Shown one piece after another: positions 9,646 through 18,994 of a stretch of 64,000 bases of DNA. The DNA comes from an uncultured Veillonellaceae bacterium (lineage in GTDB: Bacteria > Bacillota > Negativicutes > JARBTT01): contig CAWDTA010000002.1 in the NCBI GenBank assembly GCA_963805085.1, positions 1,152,001 through 1,216,000 on the forward strand. Direction: 5' to 3'. Below the pieces are notes generated by a model. That model saw nothing but the letters and a program-made list of their open reading frames with translations. It searched no databases and was not told the DNA's origin. Made by a program: the position numbers and the translations under genes. How positions within the stretch are numbered: position 1 is the stretch's first letter; each line of letters starts with the position of its first letter.

Positions 9646-11040
9646 ATGTCGAGGAATGCATTAAAAATAGTTACTATCGGTGGAGGTTCTAGCTATACTC
9701 CAGAATTAATAGAAGGATATATTAAACGTAGCGACCAATTGCCTATCAAAGAAATTTGGCTGGTTGATATTCTAGAAGGAAAAGAAAAACTGAAAATAGT
9801 TGGAGAAATGGCTAGGAGAATGGTCAAAGCTGCTAACTTGGATTGGGATATCCATTTGACAATAGATAGACGTGAAGCGTTGAAAGATGCTGATTTTGTA
9901 TCTACGCAGTTTAGAGTAGGGTTTTTACAATCACGTATAAAAGATGAAAGAATACCTAATTATTATGGAATCATTGGACAAGAGACGAATGGTGCTGGTG
10001 GTATATTTAAGGCTTTTAGATCTATTCCAGTAATTCTTGATATAGTTAAAGATATGAAGGAATTATGTCCAGATGCTTGGTTGGTTAACTTTACGAATCC
10101 AAGTGGGATGCTTACGGAAGCAATCGTTTCATATGGACATTGGAATAAAGTCATCGGTTTATGTAATGTACCAGTTATGGCAATGATTAGTGAGCCAAAA
10201 TTGATTGATAAAACTTTAGATGAACTTACGTATAAATTTGCAGGGCTCGACCATTTCCATTGGCATCGCGTTTGGGATAATACTGGTAAAGAAATGACAA
10301 TGGAAATCATCAACAAAATGTATGAAGGTAAAGATACCGGATTACCTAAAAATATTTTTAATGTTCCATTCTTTAAAGAACAATTAAGTCAAATGAAAAT
10401 GATTCCATGCGGTTACCATAGATACTATTATCGTCAGGAAGAAATGCTGAAACATGGCTTAGAAGAGTATGAAAGTGAAAAAGGTACACGCGGACAGCAG
10501 GTTATGAAGATTGAAAAAGAGCTGTTTGAATTGTATAAAGATTCTAAACTGGATTATAAGCCTAAGCAGTTGGCAGAACGAGGCGGCGCAAATTATTCTG
10601 ATGCAGCTTGTGAAGCTATTGCGTCTGTTTATGGTAACAAGAAAACACAAATGGTTGTATCTACCGTAAATAATGGTGCTGTTCCGGATTTACCTAGCGA
10701 GCAGGTAGTGGAAGTTTCTTCGCAAATTGGTGCATCTGGTGCTGTTCCAATGGTCTTTGGTCCTTTTGCACCGGCAGAACGAGGCTGGCTGCAAGTGATG
10801 AAGAATATGGAATTGGTAACAGTTCAAGCAGCGGTAACTGGTGATTATGGTTTAGCTTTACAAGCATTTACATTAAATCCGCTTATTCCGAGTGGGCAAA
10901 AAGCTAAGGATTTACTAGATGAAATGCTAGTGGCAAATAAAAAACATTTACCACAGTTTGCTGAAAAAATCAAGGAATTGGAAGCTGCTGGTGTAAAGGT
11001 ACATGATAAGATAGCTGCAAATATCGATGATACAATTTAA
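9646..11040 (+). CDS. GH4 6-phospho-beta-glucosidase (LicH/CelF-like)
   Basis: IGGGSSYTPEL, GQETNGAGG, NFTNP, GLCN, RGGANYSDAAC. Confidence 0.93.
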   Translation: MSRNALKIVTIGGGSSYTPELIEGYIKRSDQLPIKEIWLVDILEGKEKLKIVGEMARRMVKAANLDWDIHLTIDRREALKDADFVSTQFRVGFLQSRIKDERIPNYYGIIGQETNGAGGIFKAFRSIPVILDIVKDMKELCPDAWLVNFTNPSGMLTEAIVSYGHWNKVIGLCNVPVMAMISEPKLIDKTLDELTYKFAGLDHFHWHRVWDNTGKEMTMEIINKMYEGKDTGLPKNIFNVPFFKEQLSQMKMIPCGYHRYYYRQEEMLKHGLEEYESEKGTRGQQVMKIEKELFELYKDSKLDYKPKQLAERGGANYSDAACEAIASVYGNKKTQMVVSTVNNGAVPDLPSEQVVEVSSQIGASGAVPMVFGPFAPAERGWLQVMKNMELVTVQAAVTGDYGLALQAFTLNPLIPSGQKAKDLLDEMLVANKKHLPQFAEKIKELEAAGVKVHDKIAANIDDTI

Positions 11041-11109
11041 TTTGTAATTAAATAATTAGTGTATTTATGACAACTGAGAGTAAGAATCTAAAAAGTTGGT
11101 ATATACACT

Positions 11110-11200
11110 AGGACCTGTTGATTAATTTATAGCCTTTGAAAATGCACTATTGCAGTATTATAGATGATGAGGATAGTTCTATAAATTAATCAACACTTTA
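11110..11200. mobile_element. Putative MITE or internally deleted IS relic
   Basis: Perfect 17-bp inverted repeats TGTTGATTAATTTATAG (11116-32) and CTATAAATTAATCAACA (11179-95), 46 bp apart, no ORF. Confidence 0.5.
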
Positions 11201-11368
11201 AAAATAATGGAAATATTAAATTATTTTTAATTAATCAATATTTTGAAAATTTCAATAATTGTTATATATTATAGCTTTTCGTCACAAAAATTTGAGTTAT
11301 CGGTTAATATCGTTTTATAGGGAATTTTATATTTTATGTTCTAAATTTACTTGCAGAAAGAAGGGTTT

Positions 11369-13213
11369 ATGTTGAAACAAGAAAATATATCTAATCTAAT
11401 CATAGAAAATGTTGGCGGTACTGAAAATGTTGTAAACCTATATCACTGTATGACTAGATTGAGATTTATTTTAAAAGACCAAAAAAAATTTAATACCGAA
11501 GCATTAAAGAATATCCCGGGTGTTATAAATACAGTACAATCTGGAGCAGAGTCACAAATTATTATTGGTGCAGAAGTTGATAAATTTTATAATGATTTAT
11601 TAAAACATGGATTAGAGAATTTTAGTGATTGCTCAAGTAACCAAGAAAAACAAAAATTCAATATTAGAGATATGTTTCAAAAAGGCTTGAACACACTGGC
11701 TGGAATTATGGCGCCTATTTTACCTATTTTGATTGCTGGTGGTATGGTAAAGGTTGTGCTTGCATTGCTGGTGCTTTCGGGAATGAGTCGTGATTCGCAA
11801 AATTATAAAATACTTTATTTTATTTCGGATGCTACTTTTTATTTTTTACCGTTTTTCATCGCCAATAGTTTTGCAACGAGGATTAAGGCCAATAATTATA
11901 TGGCAATGGTTATAGCAGGGATAATGCTTCATCCTAATTTTATGAGCATGGTCAGTGCTGGTAAAGCAGTTTCTTTCTTTGATTTGCCAGTGCGCTTAGT
12001 ATCATATAGTGCAACGGTTATTCCTATTATTTTTGCTGTTTGGTTTATGAGCTATGTGGAAAAGGTTGTGGAAAAATACACGCCTAAATTAATTAAGACG
12101 ATGTTTAGACCATTATTAACCCTTTTGATAACCGCACCAGTGGTTTTGATTGTAGTTGGGCCTTTGGGGGGATATTTAGGTGAGGGTCTTTACTATATTA
12201 TACAAATACTCAATGAAAATGTTCCTTGGGCTGTACCAACGTTGATGGGAGCCTTTGCACCGTTGCTAGTAATGGCTGGTATGCATTTATCAATAACACC
12301 GTTTGCCATCTTGTCAGTATCTAAATTTGGCTATGAAACACTCATGGGCCCGGGAATGCTTGGCAGCAATATTGCACAAGGCGGTGCTTCACTGGCAATC
12401 GCATTTAAAGAAAAGCGAATAGAAAAACGTGAAGTGGCCATTTCATCAGGGATTACAGCTTTATCAGGAATAACGGAACCGGCACTTTATGGTGTAACGG
12501 TAAAATATAAAAGAGCGTTGGTCTGTGTTATGGTTTCAGGGGCTGTTGCTGGCCTTTATGCCGGAATAACAGGTGTGGTAAGATATGCCATTGCATCGGC
12601 AAGCTTTTTGTCTTTGCCGGTTTTTATTGGTGACAATCCTAATAATATAATCAATGCAGTTATTACAGCAATAATAGCATTAGTACTTTCTTTTGTATTG
12701 ACTTATGTGTTTGTTCCAGTAGAAAGTGTTGCAGCAGAAACAAAAAAAGAAGTAGAAAACGGTAAAGAAGAAATTAAAAATGTAGTAGCAGGTACATTGA
12801 TTCCATTGCAAGATGTTAAGGATGAAGCATTTTCATCAGGTGCTCTAGGGGGCGGGGCAGCGATAATACCACAGGAAGGGGCAATACATTCTCCTGTTGA
12901 TGGTGTAGTATCAATGGTATATCCTACTGGTCATGCGATTGGGATAACTAGTAAAAGCGGCAAAGAAATATTGATTCATATTGGTATAGATACTGTAAAG
13001 CTGGAAGGAGAAGGATTTAAGTCACATATAAAAAATGGAATGGAAGTCAAAAAAGGTGATTTGTTGATCGATGTTGATTTAGATCTTCTTAAAGAAAAAG
13101 GGTATGATACGACAGTAGTTATTGTCATATTGAATAGTGTAATAGATAATATGATAATCACAAAAAAAGACAGGTTGACCATCAATGATACATTGTTAGA
13201 AATTATTGATTAA
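11369..13213 (+). CDS. PTS beta-glucoside-specific EIIBCA
   Basis: HCMTRLRF (IIB Cys), GITEPALYGV (IIC), GHAIG and LIHIGIDTVKL (IIA). Confidence 0.93.
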   Translation: MLKQENISNLIIENVGGTENVVNLYHCMTRLRFILKDQKKFNTEALKNIPGVINTVQSGAESQIIIGAEVDKFYNDLLKHGLENFSDCSSNQEKQKFNIRDMFQKGLNTLAGIMAPILPILIAGGMVKVVLALLVLSGMSRDSQNYKILYFISDATFYFLPFFIANSFATRIKANNYMAMVIAGIMLHPNFMSMVSAGKAVSFFDLPVRLVSYSATVIPIIFAVWFMSYVEKVVEKYTPKLIKTMFRPLLTLLITAPVVLIVVGPLGGYLGEGLYYIIQILNENVPWAVPTLMGAFAPLLVMAGMHLSITPFAILSVSKFGYETLMGPGMLGSNIAQGGASLAIAFKEKRIEKREVAISSGITALSGITEPALYGVTVKYKRALVCVMVSGAVAGLYAGITGVVRYAIASASFLSLPVFIGDNPNNIINAVITAIIALVLSFVLTYVFVPVESVAAETKKEVENGKEEIKNVVAGTLIPLQDVKDEAFSSGALGGGAAIIPQEGAIHSPVDGVVSMVYPTGHAIGITSKSGKEILIHIGIDTVKLEGEGFKSHIKNGMEVKKGDLLIDVDLDLLKEKGYDTTVVIVILNSVIDNMIITKKDRLTINDTLLEIID

Positions 13214-13370
13214 AGCGAATGTAGCCCCAACTGTAGAGTAGGATTATATTTTGTTATTACAAAGTGTATAACCATAGTTTTAGTACAACGATTAAGTTAA
13301 GCAATCTGGTAATATGCCAAGCCCAAAAAATAAAGAATTGTAAACAAATTGAGAAAAAAGAGTACACTTC

Positions 13371-13532
13371 AAGCTTTTTGAGCAGTCACCATAAGGTGCT
13401 GTAGGAGGCGAAAGACGTAACCTTTGCTACAATTTATTGTAGCATCAGGAGTTCCTAATAAAGGAGTTGAAAGTAAAAAAATAAGCTTTGTAAGTTGGCG
13501 GATATCTGCTTACAAAACTTATTATACGAGGA
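13371..13532 (+). repeat. Duplicated intergenic leader, copy 1 (before the HAD gene)
   Basis: Blocks 13416-31, 13435-59 and 13474-13532 (59 bp) are identical to 14413-28, 14442-66 and 14480-14538. Confidence 0.9.
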
Positions 13533-13542
13533 AGGTAATCTT

Positions 13543-14343
13543 ATGAAAAAGAAAATAGTGTTTTTTGATATTGATGGAACCATGATAGATATTCCTGCGG
13601 GAATGCTTGAACCATTACCAAGTACGATTAAAGCAATAGAACAGCTAAGATTGAATGGTCATTATTCAGTCGTTGCAACAGCAAGGGCTAGTATGCCAGA
13701 AGCTTTTTCAAACCTAAACTTTGATGGCTTTATTTTTTGTAATGGAAACTATATAGAGTTCCAAAACAATCTTATTTATGACAACTTTTTTTCAGAAAAG
13801 CAAACCAAATTTCTAGTAGATTTATTTAAACAAAATGAAGGACAATACATTTTCAACGGACATTTTGGTAAATGGACAAGCCTTTCAACTCATCCACTAA
13901 TACTTCGCCAGATAGAACTTTTTGGAGGCTCTGTTTCTAGCAAAATTAGTGGGCAAGATGATTGGAAGACAAAAGATGTTCACGCAAACATGGTTACGGC
14001 TTTGTTTAAAACAGAAAAACAGTTGCTTAATTGCAAAGCTAATGTTCCAAGTGATTGGGTTATAGATGTTTATACCACCAGCAATATACGAATGGATATT
14101 CATTTACCAGGGTATACAAAAGGAACTGCAGTTGGCTATTTATCTAAAGTTTTTGGCGTGTCTTTTGACGATACTTTCGCTTTTGGGGATGCTTGTAATG
14201 ATATTGAAATGCTAAAAACTGTAAAGCACGGAATTGCCATGGGTAATGGGACTGATCAAATTAAAGCAATTGCCTCTGATATTACTGATGATGTTGCAAA
14301 TGATGGTATTTATAATGCATTGAAGAAATATAATGTAATTTGA
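13543..14343 (+). CDS. Cof-type HAD-IIB phosphatase
   Basis: FFDIDGT, ATAR, TKG, AFGDACNDIEML, AMGN. Confidence 0.92.
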   Translation: MKKKIVFFDIDGTMIDIPAGMLEPLPSTIKAIEQLRLNGHYSVVATARASMPEAFSNLNFDGFIFCNGNYIEFQNNLIYDNFFSEKQTKFLVDLFKQNEGQYIFNGHFGKWTSLSTHPLILRQIELFGGSVSSKISGQDDWKTKDVHANMVTALFKTEKQLLNCKANVPSDWVIDVYTTSNIRMDIHLPGYTKGTAVGYLSKVFGVSFDDTFAFGDACNDIEMLKTVKHGIAMGNGTDQIKAIASDITDDVANDGIYNALKKYNVI

Positions 14344-14358
14344 GCTGAGGAAATCTGC

Positions 14359-14538
14359 AAGTTTTTGAGCCAAATCTACAGTGCTGGGCTGGTTATTGGC
14401 AACAGCAAAAGGCGTAACCTTTGCTACAGCTCACTAAAATCTATTGTAGCATCAGGAGTTCCTAATGAAGTAATTAAAATAAAAAAATAAGCTTTGTAAG
14501 TTGGCGGATATCTGCTTACAAAACTTATTATACGAGGA
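14359..14538 (+). repeat. Duplicated intergenic leader, copy 2 (before the MR/MLE gene)
   Basis: Shares the three identical blocks with copy 1, including hairpin and RBS. Confidence 0.9.
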
Positions 14539-14547
14539 GAATTATTG

Positions 14548-15720
14548 ATGAAGATTACGGATGTAGAAATATTCTGTGCTGATTTTGATAAAACAGCACC
14601 AAATGAACCAATTTTTATAAAAATAAATACTGATGAAGGGGTAAGTGGTTTTGGTGAAGCTGGTGTAGCCTATGGTAATGCCAAACTGGGGGCTATCGGG
14701 CAAGTCCAAGATTTTGCTAAATTGATTATAGGTGAAAATCCCTTCTGTATAGAAAAAATTTGGGATCGTTTATACAGAGATACTTTCTGGGGACAAGGCG
14801 GTGGTACAGTAATTTTTGCGGCTATGAGTGCAATCGATATCGCTCTCTGGGATATCAAGGGTAAGGCATTAGGCGTTCCTGTTTATGAACTGTTAGGCGG
14901 AAAAACGCGTGATAAAATAAGAGCATATGCTAGTCAGATTCAGTTTGATTGGGGGAAGAATGCTATTCCTCTCGGTGGTGTAGAAGAATATGGCCTAGCT
15001 GCTCAGAAAGCTGTTGCAGACGGTTATACAGCAATTAAAGTCGATCCATTGCAGCGTGATGAAAATGGCAATAAAAACCATAGAAATGATGGGCTTTTAA
15101 CGTTTGATAAGTTAAAACTGTGTCGTGACAGATTAGTAGCAATAAGAAAAGCTGTTGGAGATAAAGTAGATATTATTTTGGAATTGCATGCCAAGACAGA
15201 TGTTAATTCAGCATTTCAAATTAGCAAGATGATCGAAGACTTAAATATCTATTATATGGAAGAAGCATGCGGTTCTTTGAATCCACAATTAACTAAAGAA
15301 TTGAAAAATAAAGTAAATGTTCCCTTAGCTGCTGGTGAGAGGATTTATTCACGTTATGGATTTAAGCCTTTTTTAGAAAGTCGCTCTTTGGATGTGATTC
15401 AACCAGATCTTGCTACTTGCGGCGGAATATCTGAGTGTAAAAAAATATGTGATATGGCTAGAATATATGATGTTTTAGTGCAACCGCATGTATGTGGTGG
15501 ACCTATTTCTTGTGCAGCGGCAATACAAATAGAAGCAGTAATTCCTAATTTTTGCATCCATGAACACCATATAGGTAATCTAACTGATTTTACAAGAAGT
15601 TTGGGTGTTTATGATGATCAGCCTGTTAATGGCTATATTATAGTGTCGGATCGACCGGGGCTAGGTCAGGAAATTCCTGCTGATATTTTGGCGAAATGTA
15701 GTAAAATAAAGATAGTCTAA
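14548..15720 (+). CDS. Mandelate racemase/MLE (enolase superfamily), probable acid-sugar dehydratase
   Basis: SAIDIALWDIKGK, KVD, ELH, MEE, GERIY, QPD, PHVCG, PGLG. Confidence 0.9.
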   Translation: MKITDVEIFCADFDKTAPNEPIFIKINTDEGVSGFGEAGVAYGNAKLGAIGQVQDFAKLIIGENPFCIEKIWDRLYRDTFWGQGGGTVIFAAMSAIDIALWDIKGKALGVPVYELLGGKTRDKIRAYASQIQFDWGKNAIPLGGVEEYGLAAQKAVADGYTAIKVDPLQRDENGNKNHRNDGLLTFDKLKLCRDRLVAIRKAVGDKVDIILELHAKTDVNSAFQISKMIEDLNIYYMEEACGSLNPQLTKELKNKVNVPLAAGERIYSRYGFKPFLESRSLDVIQPDLATCGGISECKKICDMARIYDVLVQPHVCGGPISCAAAIQIEAVIPNFCIHEHHIGNLTDFTRSLGVYDDQPVNGYIIVSDRPGLGQEIPADILAKCSKIKIV

Positions 15721-15735
15721 TATATAATTGATGAT

Positions 15736-15785
15736 AAAAAAGGCAGTTCTCCATGTATATAAGATACAGAGAGAACCGCCTTTTT
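15736..15785. terminator. Bidirectional terminator
   Basis: AAAAAAGGCAGTTCTC...GAGAACCGCCTTTTT between convergent genes. Confidence 0.75.
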
Positions 15786-15839
15786 ATGCGTGTTTATAAA
15801 ATATTTTATAGTAAAGACAACGAGAACTGATATTTTTTG

Positions 15840-16802
15840 TTAGCAAGTTTCTCTAAACACCAATTTTGGAGTGATTTGCTTGTATGTAAGGTTTGTATTA
15901 TTTAAGTTATTATAGATATAGTAAAATGAATTTATTGCTTGTTTTTCAAGAAATGTATCTACTGTGGATATATTCATTAAACGTCCGAAATTGCTATTAT
16001 CAAAACCAAAGATAGCACAATCTTTAGGTAGTTGATAGCCGTTTTCTTTAAGTATAGAAATAAATTCAGTAGCAACATAATCAGAATATATTACCACTGT
16101 TTTGGGGGCTGCTTTTCCGGCGGCAATCCATTTATGGGCGGCATCAATGCCAGCATCTTTTTGCGCATTATAAAATAATCTCCATTCATTATCCATGGAA
16201 TGAGTTTTTTCAAAGGTTTGTATTGCTTCTAAACGAGCTTGGGTATTAGAGTTTTTTTCACAATTTAAAATGTGACCGACAAGGCGTGCTCCTTTAGCAT
16301 AGATATATTCTAAGATTTGCATGTATATGGGGAAATGATCAATATATGATGAATATATCTTATCAGATTCGATTCGGCGCCAAGTTGCAATGGGACCAAA
16401 CTTTGTATATGGAATGATTTTATCCCAATCATTTATTTTTGCTAACAAAAATAAACCATCTAGAGAGCGTGTCGTCAATAGATTAAGAGCCGTTAATTCA
16501 TCTTGGAAATTTCCTGTGAAATATATGTTTACACGGTAGTTATATAGCTTGGCGGTATTGACGAAATAATTTATAAAATCTCCGACTGTAGGATAATAAT
16601 CATTTACTAAAAATCCTATGGTATTAGTGCGTTGATACTTCATCTGGCGAGCAATTTGGTTAGGGATATAGTTCAGTTCGTTTATTGCATCTAAAATACG
16701 AGAACGAGTTTCTGTACTGACATAACCATGATCACTAATAACTCTGGAAACAGTAGATTTAGAGGTCTTTGCTAACTTTGCTATATCAAATATAGTTGCC
16801 AA
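15840..16802 (-). CDS. LacI-family regulator
   Basis: TIFDIAKLAKTSKSTVSRVI HTH, LNYIPN, IFGFDN; probable TTG start at 16802. Confidence 0.9.
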   Translation of the reverse strand: MATIFDIAKLAKTSKSTVSRVISDHGYVSTETRSRILDAINELNYIPNQIARQMKYQRTNTIGFLVNDYYPTVGDFINYFVNTAKLYNYRVNIYFTGNFQDELTALNLLTTRSLDGLFLLAKINDWDKIIPYTKFGPIATWRRIESDKIYSSYIDHFPIYMQILEYIYAKGARLVGHILNCEKNSNTQARLEAIQTFEKTHSMDNEWRLFYNAQKDAGIDAAHKWIAAGKAAPKTVVIYSDYVATEFISILKENGYQLPKDCAIFGFDNSNFGRLMNISTVDTFLEKQAINSFYYIYNNLNNTNLTYKQITPKLVFRETC

Positions 16803-17061
16803 TGAATCACTTTCTTTCCCGAATATATCAATATGATATATTTTTTGATATTGTAGTTGGTTTAAAACAGTTTTTATTCTGATTTTTCCGAATATTAAAC
16901 TATACACCATTCTAGGTTTGGTAGACAAGGCCTTGTCAGAAAAAACGGATGAATCTTAAAGTAGTTTAATCTCTCATACTGCGGATGGTTAATCTTAGTA
17001 GAGGTTTTTCTTTGATCTTTTGACACTTACCTTATAGAAATTGGGCATCAATAGATACCAG

Positions 17062-17092
17062 AAAAGCCTTCCGAAATTATCGGAAGACTTTT
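17062..17092 (-). terminator. tRNA terminator
   Basis: AAAAGCCTTCCGA-AATTA-TCGGAAGACTTTT hairpin just 3' of the tRNA. Confidence 0.8.
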
Positions 17093-17102
17093 ATATTTAC
17101 TA

Positions 17103-17178
17103 TGGAGCTGATAATAGGATTTGAACCTACGACCTACTCATTACGAATGAGTTGCTCTACCAGCTGAGCTATATCAGC
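17103..17178 (-). tRNA. tRNA-Thr(CGT)
   Basis: GCTGATATAGCTCAGCTGGTAGAGCAACTCATTCGTAATGAGTAGGTCGTAGGTTCAAATCCTATTATCAGCTCCA: full cloverleaf, CGT anticodon, encoded CCA. Confidence 0.97.
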
Positions 17179-17191
17179 AATTACATATTAT

Positions 17192-17220
17192 ATTCTAATC
17201 CTCTGTTGTCATAATGTCAA
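17192..17220 (-). promoter_or_regulatory. Sigma-A promoter of tRNA-Thr
   Basis: TTGACA-N17-TAGAAT on the minus strand. Confidence 0.85.
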
Positions 17221-17353
17221 GAACTGGACTTGAATATTTATTTTTATGAAAGAAACCGCAATATTTACCTAGGTTCATTTGTGTAAATAGTTCTTTTAAT
17301 ATTAATTGAAAATCTAGATGGATATAAAGTAATTCTCGCTTTTTCTAATGAAT

Positions 17354-18745
17354 TTATTCTTTAGATGATAAACGATAAAATTCAATTCGGTTACGACCAT
17401 TAGATTTTGCTTGATAAAGAGCTTGATCTGCGTTATGAATAGTTTCAAAAACTTCTTGGTTTGGTGTGCATTGTGTGTTCGCAACACCAAGACTGACAGT
17501 AACGTAATCTGAAGTTTTAGATTCTTTATGGGAAATGTGGAGATTTTCAACGCTCGTTCTCATTTTCGCAGCAATCAATCCAGCATCCTCCATACTTGTT
17601 TCTGGCAGCATGCAAATGAATTCTTCGCCACCATACCGGGCGACGAGATCTTCGGGACGAGAAATGTTGCTGGCTAGTACTTTTGCAACTTGGCGTAGAC
17701 AGTCGTCGCCAGCAAGATGCCCATAGGAGTCATTAAAGCCCTTGAAAAAGTCAATATCAATCATAATAAAAGATAACCTAGCATTACTTTGAGATAATCT
17801 AGCATATTCTAAAGATAATGCTTCGTCAAAATACCGTCGGTTTGCCAAATTGGTCAAGCCATCTTCATTACTTAGTACTTCGAGCTTTTTTATTGCATTT
17901 TTTAACTGTTTTTCGAGTAGTTTTCTTGCATGGATATCAGTCAACATAGCAAATGATCCTGTATAGTGTCCTTCCTCATCCATTATTGCTTTCGCAGAAA
18001 TAATTACCCAATGTTTAGAACCGTCTTTTTTTCGCAAGTATCTCTCGTACAATGCGTCTTTACCCTGCTGTCTTTCTTTCATCTGCACGTCAAGGTCGCT
18101 TAAATGTTCCTTAAATAATAAACTTTTAAAACTTAGTCCCAACAATTCTTCCGTTTCATAACCGAGCATAGAAGACAATTTATAATTAACAAATGAAATT
18201 TTTAAGTCGGGCTTTAAAATCATAATTCCTTCATTGGCTGCCTCGACAATAAAGCGATAACGTGCTTCGCTTTTTTGTAATTTTTCTTCGGCTATTTTAC
18301 GATCCGTTATATCAGTGCCAAGGACAATAAATGAACTAACATTTCCCATGGCATCAAATTCAGGGATATAATCCACTTTAACCCAACGATTTCCGATAGG
18401 GACATTAAAATAATATTCGTAAGTTGTGGGGGTTCCTTTTTTTACTGCTTCAATATATTGAATTGCGTTTTGATAGTTTTTTTCTGGGAGTATTTCACTC
18501 ATATGACGACCTAAAATCTGTTCCCTTGGAAGCTGATAGCCTTTTGCAAATGCGTTGTTAACAAACTTGTATCGTAAAGTAGTGGCATCAATATAGCAAA
18601 CATAAGCAGCAATACTATCTAGGATAAAAAACAATTTTTCATTGAGAGCCTTTTTTAATATAGCTTTACTTGGAATATATGTGCTTTCTTCTATTTCAGC
18701 AGCTATTTTTTTATAGGGGAAATGCTTTGGGGTCAATGGGCTCAC
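17354..18745 (-). CDS. PAS-PAS-GGDEF diguanylate cyclase
   Basis: Two PAS/PAC repeats, DGLTNLANRR, RPED I-site, ARYGGEEF; start may be the TTG at 18736. Confidence 0.93.
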   Translation of the reverse strand: MSPLTPKHFPYKKIAAEIEESTYIPSKAILKKALNEKLFFILDSIAAYVCYIDATTLRYKFVNNAFAKGYQLPREQILGRHMSEILPEKNYQNAIQYIEAVKKGTPTTYEYYFNVPIGNRWVKVDYIPEFDAMGNVSSFIVLGTDITDRKIAEEKLQKSEARYRFIVEAANEGIMILKPDLKISFVNYKLSSMLGYETEELLGLSFKSLLFKEHLSDLDVQMKERQQGKDALYERYLRKKDGSKHWVIISAKAIMDEEGHYTGSFAMLTDIHARKLLEKQLKNAIKKLEVLSNEDGLTNLANRRYFDEALSLEYARLSQSNARLSFIMIDIDFFKGFNDSYGHLAGDDCLRQVAKVLASNISRPEDLVARYGGEEFICMLPETSMEDAGLIAAKMRTSVENLHISHKESKTSDYVTVSLGVANTQCTPNQEVFETIHNADQALYQAKSNGRNRIEFYRLSSKE

Positions 18746-18862
18746 TCCTTCTGTTGATGATTCCTGATTGCTACTTAATATTTATTGTGTTTTATAAAGT
18801 CGATATTTGTAAAAAATGAATTTTTATAATAATTATATACTATCCTTTTTCAATTGCAAAAC

Positions 18863-18962
18863 AAAAAAGGCTTCCGAAATTTTCGGAAGCCTTAAAGCCT
18901 CTATAGAGCTGAGAAACTACGACCTACTCATTACGAATGAGTTGTTCTACCAACGGAGCTAT
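18863..18962 (-). pseudogene. Degenerate tRNA-Thr(CGT) copy 1 with homologous terminator
   Basis: 28 bp (18917-44) identical to 17127-54; part of the T-arm deleted; terminator GGCTTCCGAAATTTTCGGAAGCC resembles 17062-92. Confidence 0.9.
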
Positions 18963-18994
18963 TACTGGAATGGTAAACCTATGAATAGATATTT

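Noticed and set aside
13371-13460. Duplicated leader as a BglG/LicT RAT site
   Set aside because: Does not match the GGATTGTTACTG...GCAGGCAAAACC consensus, and no antiterminator gene is present
16803-17061. Integrase remnant beside the tRNA 3' end, and the N-terminal extension of the LacI ORF
   Set aside because: No tyrosine-recombinase motifs seen; the LacI HTH and RBS point to a start at 16802
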